Assembly: GCA_951406725.2 (NCBI GenBank)
Contig: OX597818.1
Span: 72,044,001-72,108,000, forward strand
Origin: Octopus vulgaris
Lineage: Eukaryota
Length of the DNA: 64,000 nucleotides
Reading direction: 5' to 3'
Shown one piece after another: positions 12,098-23,920 of the stretch. Numbering within the stretch: position 1 is the first letter of the stretch; each line of letters begins with the position of its first letter. Both the position numbers and the translations under genes were made by a program. The notes beneath the pieces were generated by a model, which saw only the letters and a program-made list of their open reading frames with translations, had not been told where the DNA came from and ran no database searches.

Positions 12098-12440
12098 GTC
12101 AGGTCAGGAGTCTCATCACAAGCTGATGAGACCTGCTGCTGGTACCATGTAAACTAATACTACCTGTTTTATGGTCGAATGGTTAGCGACTAAAATGGCT
12201 CCCTACCTGAGAAGGCTGTCTAGACACCCAACAGGACTAAAAACAAGACCTCTAAAACGGCGAATGAGCGGGTGGAGATGGCAATGGCAAACCACCTTAA
12301 TATCTTTGTCAAGAAAGCACTAGGTACAACGAAATAACGCTATTGTTTCTTCCAACGGGAGAACTCGCGCTTAATTGGGATGATTTTAGTTGCCGTGTCA
12401 TCAAAGAGTTGTAAAAGCGTCCGATACATGATGATAACGA
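12098..12440 (+). mobile_element. Short non-autonomous RTE-derived bipartite element (RTE 5' UTR-like head plus RTE 3' tail)
   Basis: The first 100 nt are homologous to the head of the 25383-25930 element. The 3' part has GATGGCAATGGCAAACCACC...TATCTTTGTCAAGAAA, resembling the RTE/BovB-type 3' stem-loop, and a short ATG/GAT tail. Confidence 0.65.
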
Positions 12441-12470
12441 TTTGTGTATGTATGTATGTATGTATGTATG

Positions 12471-12504
<34 letters not shown>

Positions 12505-12880
12505 TGTATGTATGTATGTATGTATGTATGTATGTATGTATGTATGTATACATACATACATACATACAACCATAAAAAATACATACGTTCATCGTTATAT
12601 ACAACAAAAGTAGTATTGGATGAAAATAACTAGTTGAGTATCATACTTAATGCAAATACATTGTAGAAAGGCAAATTCACCGTGTATTCGTCCGGAGATG
12701 CTATCTCTTATAATTGTGCTGCTTAAGCACACACACACGCACACACACACATACACTAATACACATAGAATTGTGAATGTGTGTGTGTGGTATATCTAAC
12801 CAAATTTAATATGTACATACACATAAAATATATAAACAATATCTATATGTATATACATAATATGTACATGTATATACATA

Positions 12881-12998
<118 letters not shown>

Positions 12999-13039
12999 CA
13001 TACATATTTAGATATCCTAGATATGTTTCGACCAAAGAT

Positions 13040-14305
13040 TGTTCCAGTCCATGTCTAACAGGATTAGCTAAACCCTTTTTAAGTCAAGTTTTGTGGGTAT
13101 TATGGTCTATTTCAGTAGGAAGTTCTTGTTGAGCCAGTTGTATCCAGGCATAGCTGGCTTATCCGACATTCCTTGAAGAAATTTGTCCAGATTCCGTTTA
13201 AATGTGATAAGATCCTTTTCCTCTTTGATCTGTTAAATAGGGTTGGGCCTGCTAAAGAAAAGAAATTGTTTTGCACTGTATTTATGTGTTGTGATCCTGA
13301 ATCGGGTAGGGGATGTTCTAGCCTTGGATGAATTCTTAAACTAATGTTGATGTCATTTGGGCAATGCTGGTGCTATATTCATCACATCATGCAAATGATG
13401 TCTCGCTCACTGCGGCGCCGGAGAGAACAGAGTTTCAATGTTTTAAGGCGGTCTTAATAATGGTGATCAGTCATGCCCTTAATTCTTTTAGCGAATGCTT
13501 TGAGGTGATTCAATTTTCGAAATGTTTTGTTTTGTATGGGGAGACCACAGCGGGCAGCAGGATTCGAGCAGTGGCGGTACAAATGAAGAGAAAAGAGGAA
13601 TGATGACACCTTATTCTCTGGACCAGAAGGTTCTTAGGATCCAGGAGCTCATTCTACGAGCTATATCGACCTTATTGTTGATGTAGGCAAGCCAATTGAG
13701 ATTGTTATCAACAATTATTCCTAGGTCTCTGATATTAGTAGATGCTGCGAGAGGAACTCTGAAGGAAGAGAGTATGTTCGTTTTAGCATAATCTTTTTTC
13801 CAAAATGCATCAGCTCAATTTTTCCCTCGTTTAGTTGCATTTTGTTTTTGTCTGCCCATTAGCTTATATCATTTAGATCAGACTAAAGTTCAGTTCCGTC
13901 TCCTCCATTGGTAATTTTCTAGAGTTGGAGTCATCAGCTGATATTTTCACATTGCTGTGTTTTATGACGCTGGAAAGATCGTTTATATAGGCTACAAACA
14001 GAAGCGGGCCCAAGACATTCCCCTGAGGTACACCACTGGTGACTTTTGCTGGGCTTGAGGGGATTCCACCGATCACAACAAGTTGTGTTCTGTTCTCTAG
14101 GAAATATTCAATCCAGGGTAGTAGTTTGCCGTAGATTCCAACATTTGACAATGTTGACAGTAAGATATTGTGGTCGACTCTGTCGAATGCTTTACTGAAG
14201 TCAAAATATATGAGTTTGAACTTGATCTCAAATCTTTAAGGACATCATCGATGTGGCGTAAGAGCAGTGTTTGACAGTCCTTGCCTCAGCTGAAGCCATG
14301 CTGGT
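13040..14305 (-). mobile_element. CR1/L2/Jockey-group LINE RT fragment with 3' end, degraded
   Basis: Minus-strand motifs NQHGF, YFDFSKAFDRVDHNILL and VTSGVPQGNVLGPLLFVAYINDL...ADD, followed by the usual RDLGIIVDNNLNW block. Confidence 0.85.
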
Positions 14306-14441
14306 TATATATATATTTATATATATTGTCGTGTCTGGGGAGAGTCAGTCGCTTTTAGAATGACTGCCACCAGACACCACAAAATATGCTTCAACACACG
14401 AACTCACATAAGAAATCTTGCAAACCAAATCCCCAAACAAA

Positions 14442-14481
<40 letters not shown>

Positions 14482-14647
14482 CAGGATGAGCAAAATTATA
14501 ATTATTTTAATTATAACTATTGTAATTATCATAATGGTGAATCGAAGCAAAAGTAAGCAAAAGTAATATACCCACACACACAAGCACACGCATACACACA
14601 TAAACACACATAAATATATACACATATAAACATAATACACACATATA

Positions 14648-14693
<46 letters not shown>

Positions 14694-14696
14694 CAG

Positions 14697-14747
<51 letters not shown>

Positions 14748-15589
14748 CATATTATAGTATATGAATACAAGGACACACACATACACGCGCATATATTATG
14801 TTTGTGTGTACATGTGTTAAAAAGAAATACTATTGTTTTGATATTCGAATGATATGCGTTTCCGTCGAAACTAATCTTTACTCGATAAATGCTCACTTTA
14901 TATTGTGTTCCTTTAAGAAGAAATAATAGAATAATGGAACCCATTCTACACTGGAAAAAACAAAACAACAAGAAAACTAAACAATGAAAAAATTCAACAT
15001 AATCAAAAACGAACAAAATCTCAGCAACGAGCTCAAAAGTGTTTTCCGCCATCTTTTCCAGTTGATTGCTTACCTGAATTTTGTTATTTGTTGTTTAAAA
15101 TCGTTATTTGTTTATCGTATTTGTAAAAGTCATGTCGTTTCGCTAATTAATTAGATGAATATGGTAAACAAACGTCTAAATAATTCTTCTTGTGGGAGTT
15201 GTAACAACGATACATTGCCATTTCTGGCAATGTAATGTGACAGTAACAGAAAAAAAAAAAAATTGCAGCGACGTGAAAAAAGAAGACAAAGATAAAAAAA
15301 AAGTAGTAAATAAAAGAAGAGTCGAAGAGTCTAAGAAATAATAAATACAAACATAATTTGAGATAAAAAGAAAATTAGGACCGGAGTAATTTAGTGAATG
15401 ATGTGAAGGAAACAAGAAAAACGGGACAAACAACATGAATAAAAGGCGCAGGAATTACTTCTAGATTCTCCAGTTTTCTTCGTTCATTATCTTAAACGAG
15501 AACTAGATACTTGTGTTATTTAAATATGCACATACACACACACACACGCAAACACATTTATTTAAATACATGCATATATATGTATACAT

Positions 15590-16820
15590 ACATCATCATC
15601 ATTCATCATTGTTCGACCGTGGTCGAGACAATGGAATTTACCATGTTGCGCCAGACTTCACGGTCCATCATAGCATTACGGAGGTCCTGTTGCTGGATGC
15701 CTGTATGTCTGGAGATTACATCAGGGTAGGAGAGTGTGCGCCCTCTGGTGTTGCGAGTAGATGGCTTCCAGAGGAGAAGAGTAGAAATTACTTCTTTTTC
15801 AGCTCTACAACAATGTCCAGCAAACTGGACTCTCCTACCTTTCACAAGAGATGACACAGGTGGTAATTTCCCATATATTTGCATTTTAGTTGGATGGCGC
15901 CTCCACGAGAGATTTTGAGCTCTCATAAGGAGGCGAGTGTAGGTTCCATCCAACCGCCTCTCAAGCTTCTTTGATAACGTCCAGGTTTCTGAGCCATATT
16001 GTAGGATTGGTTCGACTGTGGCTTTGAATATTTCAAGTTTGAAGTCTCTACTTAGATTTGATGACCAGATCTTATGCATGTCATTACAGGCTGACCAGGC
16101 CATACCCTTTCTAGTTAGAAAGTCTTTTCCAGATGATGATATGTATGACCCAAGATATTTATAATCAGAAACCATATTTAAAGGTGCACTGTTGAGAGTG
16201 TGGATGATGCAATCACTGTTGGACAGGCACTTGTTTATGTATTCAGTTTTGGTCTCATTGAGGTAAAGACCTACACAATTTGAGGCTTGTTCAAGAGATT
16301 GTAAGAGAGACTGGGCATTGGAGAGAGAATCACTGATAAGAGCGATGTCGTCAGCAAAGTCAGTGTCTGTCAAGTACTCAGCTGGGTGTCTGGAACTTCT
16401 TCTTGGTTTTATTTCAAAGCCCTTGCCAGAGATGGTATCAACTGACATACGTAGCACATAATCAACAACAATGATGAAAAGAAATGGGGCGAGTGTGTCT
16501 CCCTGCAGTATTCCGGCCTCGATCGAGAAAGATGATGTTTCTCCATCAGGGGTTAAGATGGTTGAAGACGTATCTGTGTAGAGGACCTTGATGGCAGAAA
16601 TAATTTTGTCTGGTATCCCATAGAGCTTAAGGATTTCAAACATCTTGTACCTATCTACAGAATCGAACGCTTTAGAAAAGTCTACAAATACCATTGCAAG
16701 ATCGCGATTAAATGCTTTTGATTCTTCAATAAGTCTGCGCAGGCATAGTATCTGGCTCAGCGTTGAGCGCCCATGTCTGAATCCATTTTGGTTCTTTCGG
16801 AGCAAAGGTTCAACAAAAAG
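15590..16820 (-). mobile_element. 5'-truncated RTE-clade LINE
   Basis: Uninterrupted RT ORF ending in a stop followed directly by a (TGA)n tail; the 5' end is truncated against a (TATG)n tract. Confidence 0.93.
15606..16816 (-). CDS. RTE-type reverse transcriptase (RT core plus C-terminal domain), 5'-truncated, no native start
   Basis: About 400 stop-free codons with QNGFRHGRST, FVDFSKAFDSV, GILQGDTLAPFLF, DFADDIAL, YKYLGS and LQYGSETWTL. The first ~22 aa of the listed ORF are microsatellite. Confidence 0.9.
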
Positions 16821-16825
16821 GACAT

Positions 16826-16856
<31 letters not shown>

Positions 16857-16891
16857 TATATATATATATACACACACACACACATACATGC

Positions 16892-16985
<94 letters not shown>

Positions 16986-17318
16986 TCTATCTTTCTATAT
17001 AATATTGTCGAAGGGTGGTGAAATTGTAATGTTATTTGGTAGACAACAGACGGAAGGACTGAGCTTGTTCTGTAGCTGCTGTATGGGTTTCTTTTCCTTT
17101 TTTTTTTACCGTAAATTTGTTTGTCTTTCTCCTGAGCCACATTCTCATTATAAGCGCGTGTTTTATGTGTATGTATGTGTGTGTGTGTTTGTGTGTGTTT
17201 GCGCGCGTGTGCATGTGTATGTGGCCTGAATGCTTCCAACTGAGTGGATTCTGCTAAACGGCACTCAAAATACTAGGTGATGGTGTTAAACCGGGCAAAG
17301 CATGTATGTATGTATGTA

Positions 17319-18385
17319 CAGGGGTTGGACAAAATAATGGAAACACCTTAAAATTTCAAATAAATTTATTTCAATAATAGGGTAGGACCGTCTTTGTCAG
17401 TAATTACATCTTGAATTCTACGAGGTATGGATCTTGTACAAAGTTTGAATTGGTTCCAAAGGAATTTTTGTCCATTCTTTATCTAAAACAGTCTCCAGTT
17501 CTTGTAGTGACTCCTTACTTGCTTTCTAAAATGCACCAGAAGTGTTCAATAATATTGAGATCTGGGGAGTGTGATAATCAGATAAGATGTTCAACTTCAC
17601 CAGAAAGTTCCTCGTGCCATTCAGTAACAATTTTAGCTGAGTGAATTGGTGCATTATCATCTTGAAAAATTGTGGTTCCAGCCGGAGACAGTTCCGCAAC
17701 CATAAGGTAAATTTGATTAGATAAAATGCTTAAAAAGTATTGACTATTAATTCTGCCATGAAGGGAAACCATTGGGCCGGTGGATTACCAAGATATAACC
17801 CCCCAGGTCATCACAGATCCTACTCCACGTTTAACAGTTGGAAGAAGGCAGTCTTGGTCAAATGCTTCTTTTGGCTGTCTCCACACGTATACTCGGTCGG
17901 TGGTCGGAAATAAGGTAAAGGATGACTCATCCAAGAAAATAATGTTCTTTCACTGCTCTAGGGACCAATTCTGTCGGTTTTACTTCACTCTAAATGCTTT
18001 GCAACGTTTGTTTCCGAAAGTGGTGATTTTCTGATTGCAGCCCTCTCGTGAAATCCGGCTTTGTGCAGCTCCTGGCGAACAGTTTTTGTGGAAACTGGGT
18101 TCTCGAGGTGGTCATTAAGCTCTGCAGTAATTTTGGGAGCTGTACTTTTGTGATCCTTTCTAACAATTTTTGCCCTATCTAAAAGCTTTGGTCTTCTTCC
18201 GGAGTTTTATTTCGACGATGATGTTTTTCCCGCTTTCTCAAAGGCTGTCATTACTTTTGAAACAGTACTTGTTGATACACTAAACTTTCGGCTGTTTTCG
18301 TTACACTAGCGTCTGACATACGAGCACCAACAATTTGACCTCTTTAAAAGTCCGATAGATCTGTCATTTTAGTGAATTTTAATTT
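17319..18385 (-). mobile_element. Second copy of the DD36E Tc1-like element, truncated with one TIR left
   Basis: TA + CAGGGGTTGGACAAAATAATGGAAACACC and colinearity with 275-1405. It encodes FQDDNAPIHSAK...HSPDLNIIE with an in-frame stop. Confidence 0.92.
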
Positions 18386-18624
18386 TCAGTAATTGGGTCG
18401 ATTTATGTAGCTACATCTTCCTCAACAAAAGTTGGTGTCCTCAAGCCAATGATTTTCTGGTATTGCCAAACTCTGGATTTCTAAATGAGTAACGTTATAT
18501 CCGTCCTGGTGTGACATTTATTAATTTAGACCGCGTGGTGTGGTTCTTAAACAGCTGTGAAGTGTCACTCAATTAAAATAGATTGCAATGCCACAATATA
18601 TGTATAGACTGTGTAAATATCAAT

Positions 18625-19270
18625 TTCAAATTTTGGCACAACACCTGCATATTCGGGGGAATTACATTGACCCCGGTGCTCAGCTGGTACTTATTGTATT
18701 GACCGTGAAAGGACGAAGGGCAAAATAGTCATCGGTGGAATTTGAACTTAGAATGTAAAAACGGATGATATACAGCTAATCGCTTTGCACTGTGTGCTAA
18801 CAATTCTGCTAGCTCGCCGCCTTAAATATCCCTTTGTACAATAGGCACAAGACCTGAAATTTTGTGGGGAGGGTTTTGTCGGTGAGATCGACTTCAGCGG
18901 TTGACTGGTACTTAAGTTATCGACCCCGAAAGGATGAACGGTAAAGTCGACCGCAGCGGATTTTGAACTCAGAATGTAGGACAAACGAAATGCTGTTGTT
19001 TTTTTTTCCCGGCGTGCTAATGATTCTACCAGCTCACCGCCTTAGACACTGGTTTCCAATTTTCGCACAAGGCCGGCAATTTTAGGAGAGTGGGTAACTC
19101 CATTACATCAGCCCGTGCGTTCAATTGGTACTTATTTTATCGCCCTCTTCCCACCAAGGATGTAAGGTAAAGTCGACCGCGGCGGAATTTAAACTTAAAA
19201 TGTAAAGACGGACGAAATGCTGCGAAGCAATTCGTCTGGCGTGCAAGCGATTCTGTTAGCTCACCACTTA
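18625..19270 (-). mobile_element. Head-to-tail cluster of about three SINE family A copies
   Basis: Repeated GGCACAAG...GGTACTTA...GAAAGGATGAA...GTCGAC...GAATTTGAACT...GTGCTAA...TTCTGC units. Confidence 0.85.
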
Positions 19271-19924
19271 AATATTGACATATGTAACATGTCTCATAAA
19301 TGTCTCTCTATATATAGACATATTACAACGCATACATATACAAATATATATATATATTTACTCCCATATAACAGCATACATAAAAGCATGCATACACACA
19401 CACATACATATACTTGTGCGTGTGTGTATATGTGTGCGTGTGTGAGTATGCGTTTATGTGTTCTGTGCGTAATGTGAATTATAACGTTTAATATACAATA
19501 AGTTGAGAATCGGAAACAAAATATAAGTACGTTTTTCCTCACGTTTTAATTCCGTAGTACAAAAACACATATACGCTCTCGTGCGTGCGAACATGCGCGC
19601 GCGCAGACATAAACACACGCACGTACACATATATACACACATGTACACACACACGCACGCACACACACATACACACATACACACACGCCCAAAAACATTT
19701 ACGCGTATCGTGTAAATATTCCGTATCTTCTTTGTCTGATACATTTCAGAGCCATTATTCCTTCATGTTTGATTTACATAGACATCATGACATAGCACCG
19801 TATACCTTGTCAAGTTGAGCACTGTCACTGATTAAGCGTATCTCATTTAAATATATCACATGTGTACGGCCAGGATAATGTGCTTCTATCCGCTATCCGT
19901 ACTGTATGCATGTATCTATATGTA

Positions 19925-19991
<67 letters not shown>

Positions 19992-20089
19992 TAAATGAGG
20001 GTGAAAAATCGATATTAATTTAATAATACCGTCAATTTAACACCAAGTGGCTTAGCACAAAAAACTACGGAGAAAATACAAATTTATAC

Positions 20090-20182
20090 ATAAATTATTA
20101 GAGAGTTATCCACTATGTGGATATCCACTATGTGGATATCCACTATGAGAGTTGTCCACATAGTGGATAACTCTCTAATAAT

Positions 20183-20186
<4 letters not shown>
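20090..20186. repeat. 32-bp inverted repeat enclosing tandem ATCCACTATGTGGAT units
   Basis: ATAAATTATTAGAGAGTTATCCACTATGTGGA and its reverse complement, with tandem copies of a 15-mer between them. Confidence 0.9.
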
Positions 20187-20234
<48 letters not shown>

Positions 20235-20254
20235 ATCTGTGCGTGTGTATGTGA

Positions 20255-20335
<81 letters not shown>

Positions 20336-20798
20336 TGTGTGTGTATATGTGCGCACGCATGTGTATGTGCGAGTGTGTGTATGTATATATATATATATAC
20401 ATACATACACACGAATATATGCGTGTAAAATCTCTTTCTCTCGCTCCTTCTCTCTCTCTATCTATATAGCAAGAAAGTGGAAATTTTGTTGAGTTATTTA
20501 TTCTCCATTACACGTGTTTCATTTGTTAATAGGAATTACAAGATTTACATGTTAGGCAGACATGTAAGGAATTTCCTATTAGAAATTCATCAAACAGAGA
20601 AAACATTGTTTTACAATAAAAATGTCCACTTTCCTATCTTGTTATAGAATAACACTACAAATAATATTTCCGTAATTTTCTGTTTTAATATGTATTTTAG
20701 CTAACATACAGCAGTAACTATGGATACTTTTGATTGTAATTATGGAAAAAGCAGATGTACTTCAAGATGAAACAGCTGGGATTTACCCTACCTAACTA

Positions 20799-20904
<106 letters not shown>

Positions 20905-20927
20905 ATTTTATGAGTGTGTATGTATAA

Positions 20928-21130
20928 CACGACCGCGTGTGTATCGTTGGCGATTTTCTTTCTCCGTCTTCCCTTCCTTGGATCTTTCCTTTTTCTATGT
21001 TTCTGACGAAGAGCCCCGCTCGAAACGTTAAATCCTCCTTCTTTCTTTCCTTTCCTGAGCGTCCAGTAACACTATACTTGTTCCACGTCCTCGCGTTGTT
21101 GTTTTCTCTTTGTTCATGTTTGGATTAACT
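20928..21130 (+). mobile_element. About 190-200-bp non-coding repeat carrying a minimal hammerhead (family H1)
   Basis: A second copy lies at 57748-57925; both end in TTTGGATTAACT followed by (TA)n. Confidence 0.8.
20999..21033 (+). ncRNA. Minimal type I hammerhead ribozyme (Penelope-type)
   Basis: gttt-CTGACGA-a-GAGC ccc GCTC-GAAA-CG-T-T-aaat: stem I gttt/aaat, stem II GAGC/GCTC, palindromic stem III ACGT and a GUU cleavage triplet. Confidence 0.75.
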
Positions 21131-21148
21131 ATATATATATATATATAC

Positions 21149-21215
<67 letters not shown>

Positions 21216-21288
21216 TTTGAAATAGAAAGATGAATAATCTTGTAGTAGATTAATCAAAAGTTTAACCGATACCTTGGTAGCAAAAATC

Positions 21289-21774
21289 ACAGCCGAACGA
21301 TCAAACGCACACACGTACACAAAAAATGTTTTCTACCCCTACGCCAGCACACACATATATAGAACAGTATACACACACACGTCTCTAAGTAGATTTTTTC
21401 TCGCCCCTTATAAAACATCCAATATTCCTTAAATAGTCAGAACTTTATTCTCGGTCACAAAGAACATCTACACACCCTAACCCACATGATTGACCGATGC
21501 CTGACCCGTTAAATTCTTCAACCACCGGTTCTCAACATACACTGATAAACAGTTTTGCCATGGGCTCTTAGGAGCCTAGTTCGATTTGTTTTGCTCCGCC
21601 TCTGTTCTGTTTTTGTTTTTTCCAACGGATTTCCTATTTCTTCCTGAAGAGAAAGACACAATATGGTCCCATTATTCAATCGGATTTTGGTGAATTGTGC
21701 CTTTCGAAACACGTGTAGAATGAAATAAAACGATTTCTGTTCAATCTGCGTTCAGCTCCATTTCTTCAATTCAC
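21289..21774 (+). mobile_element. About 490-bp non-coding repeat carrying an intact hammerhead (family H2)
   Basis: A near-identical inverted copy lies at 50195-50683; both abut a (TA)n tract downstream of the ribozyme. Confidence 0.85.
21635..21727 (+). ncRNA. Type I hammerhead ribozyme with extended stem II
   Basis: Stem I TATTTC-TTC/GAA-t-GAAATA, core CTGAAGA (21644-21650), stem II GAAAG-a-CACAAT/ATTGTG-c-CTTTC, GAAA (21706-21709), palindromic stem III ACACGTGT and a GUA site (cut after 21717). Confidence 0.88.
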
Positions 21775-21899
<125 letters not shown>

Positions 21900-22643
21900 C
21901 ACACACATATATATATATACACATATTAATGCGTGTGTCTGTGTGTATTAATATCCATACGCACACAAACATTCTTGATCTAACTGCTAATCTTGCTCAC
22001 CTGACAAGCAACAGAAGATTCATGTTTCCACTTCAGCTACATCATTTGTTAAGTTGTTATGAGAAGCCCACGTGAAGCCATTTGTATAGCCACGAAGCAG
22101 GAGAGCTTGCAACGTCGAGCTTTTGTGACGGAGATAGTTCTTTTCTTTTCTTTCTTAAGCAGTGATTTGTTTATTCAGACTCTTTGAAATTTCGTTTAAA
22201 TTTAATGTGGGCCATGATGAAAACAACGTAACATCGATACTGATATGCGAAGAGAAATTCAAGCCAACCGGTTCTAAGGAAAACCTTAGTTGCTGTACGA
22301 ACAGTCCGAATATCTGAGAATATTGAGACATTTATGCGTGTTATAGTGAACAGTGTTTGTCGTTTCGCACCGAAGGCAACGGCACCTTAATTTATGTCTC
22401 CCTCTTTATACAGTTATAATTTGTGTTAGAAATAAATTATTATGAATGAAATGTCGGAAAAACATCTGTAAAACGAAAAGTTTCGCAATGTGGGGATATG
22501 ACATGGTTCTTCTTATGGATGATGCTTCTTATGGATGCTACTATAAACAGAACTGTTAATTGCCGGTTAGCTATCCACGATAACTTCATAAGCAAATAGC
22601 TGTGCTGTGAAAGTGTAATAGTGTAGTGTATGAGGAAACTTTA

Positions 22644-23920
22644 CAGGGTGTCCTAGAAAGATTTACCCACGTTTAAAACTCTTCCTAAAAAATATTGGTT
22701 CAGGTAATACTATCTACATTTTACAAAAGGATTTGCATGTTTTTTGTTCGTGTGTCTATTATTTCTTTCGTCTATAACAGGTTTGTAAACAAACATAGCG
22801 TCAAAAGCAAAACGTGACCTGATTTTCGCTTTGAAAACAACTAGAGTGAACATCAAGGACATAACAAAACAGTTAAATGTGTGCCGTAAAACAGTGTTCA
22901 ATATCTGGAAGCGATATACGTAGTCCGCTACTACCTCAAGCAAGCCAATCCTTGGAATGAAACGATTAATTCGTACCAAACAAACTGTTGAAGCTTTGAG
23001 AAAGCGAATAAACCGAAATCTCCGCAGGAGTACAAGAAAAACTGCAAAACCTCTTGATATTTCGAAATCATCTATGCACGGAGTTTTAAAGAGAATTTAA
23101 AACTAATTGCATACAAGAAATAATCCCGGCAGTTAATTTCAGTAGCTTTCAAGAAGAAACTGCTCGACAGGGGTAAAAATCATGTTAGCTGAGATGAAGC
23201 GCGCTGCTAACAAAGTGTTGGTCTAGTCGGACGAGATCTTCACCGTGGAGGCAGTTACCAACAGGCAGAATGACATGGTTTATGCACGTAATGCAGGAGA
23301 CCAGCCCGAAGGTAGTAGGAATCATTTACACCGTCAGAAGCCAGCTTCACCCATAGTTTGGGCCGCAGTTGCATCTGACGGGTCCAAGTTTCTCTTGATC
23401 TTTGACGCTGGCATCAAGGTCAACAGCGAAGTTTATGTTGCAGTGTTGAATGAGAAAGTGTTACCTTTGATCACAAAAACCTTTGGTGACCGTTATATCT
23501 TCACTCAAGACAGGGCTCCAGTCCACAAATTGAGTTTGAAACAGGTGATACATAGAGCATTTCAGCGGTTTTGGGGTCAAGAGGATATGGCCTCTATCAA
23601 ATCCAGCCATGAATCCCATGGACTTTTCTATCTGGTCCAACTTAGAGAGTAATATTTCTCCTCGCTTCTATTCAAATGAGTCAGATCTGAAAAAAGCCTT
23701 TCTATCTTCATGTGTCAAGTTGGATAAAGAGGTGATACGGCGCTCAAGTACCTCAATGACCACTCATTTTCAGGCTATGATCAAGGCGAAAGGTGGTCAT
23801 TTTGAAATGTAATTACAGGAATTTAAATTAGAATGTGTGTGCCAAAGCTCATTATCCTATCTTAAGTTTATTTTGAATAATTAAAACATATCAATGGGTA
23901 ACTCTTTCTGGGACTCCCTG
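22644..23920 (+). mobile_element. Full-length defective Tc1/mariner element, DD37D (maT)-like
   Basis: TA + CAGGGTGTCCTAGAAAGA...TACCCA with the inverse TGGGTAACTCTTTCTGGGACTCCCTG + TA. Transposase motifs SDE..FTVE, VWAAV, FTQDRAPVH, NPMDFSIW and KAKGGHFE are present but frameshifted. Confidence 0.88.

Noticed and set aside
12123-12129. CTGATGA as a hammerhead core
   Set aside because: It lies in a simple hairpin stem and no stem II-GAAA follows. The same applies to CTGATGA near 34714 and 54236.
15606-16889. 427-aa ORF as a host gene or complete autonomous element
   Set aside because: The N-terminal start comes from a microsatellite and the endonuclease domain is missing, so it is a 5'-truncated LINE copy.
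20107-20160. Short direct repeats resembling a CRISPR array
   Set aside because: The units are contiguous with no spacers, the context is eukaryotic and there are no cas genes.
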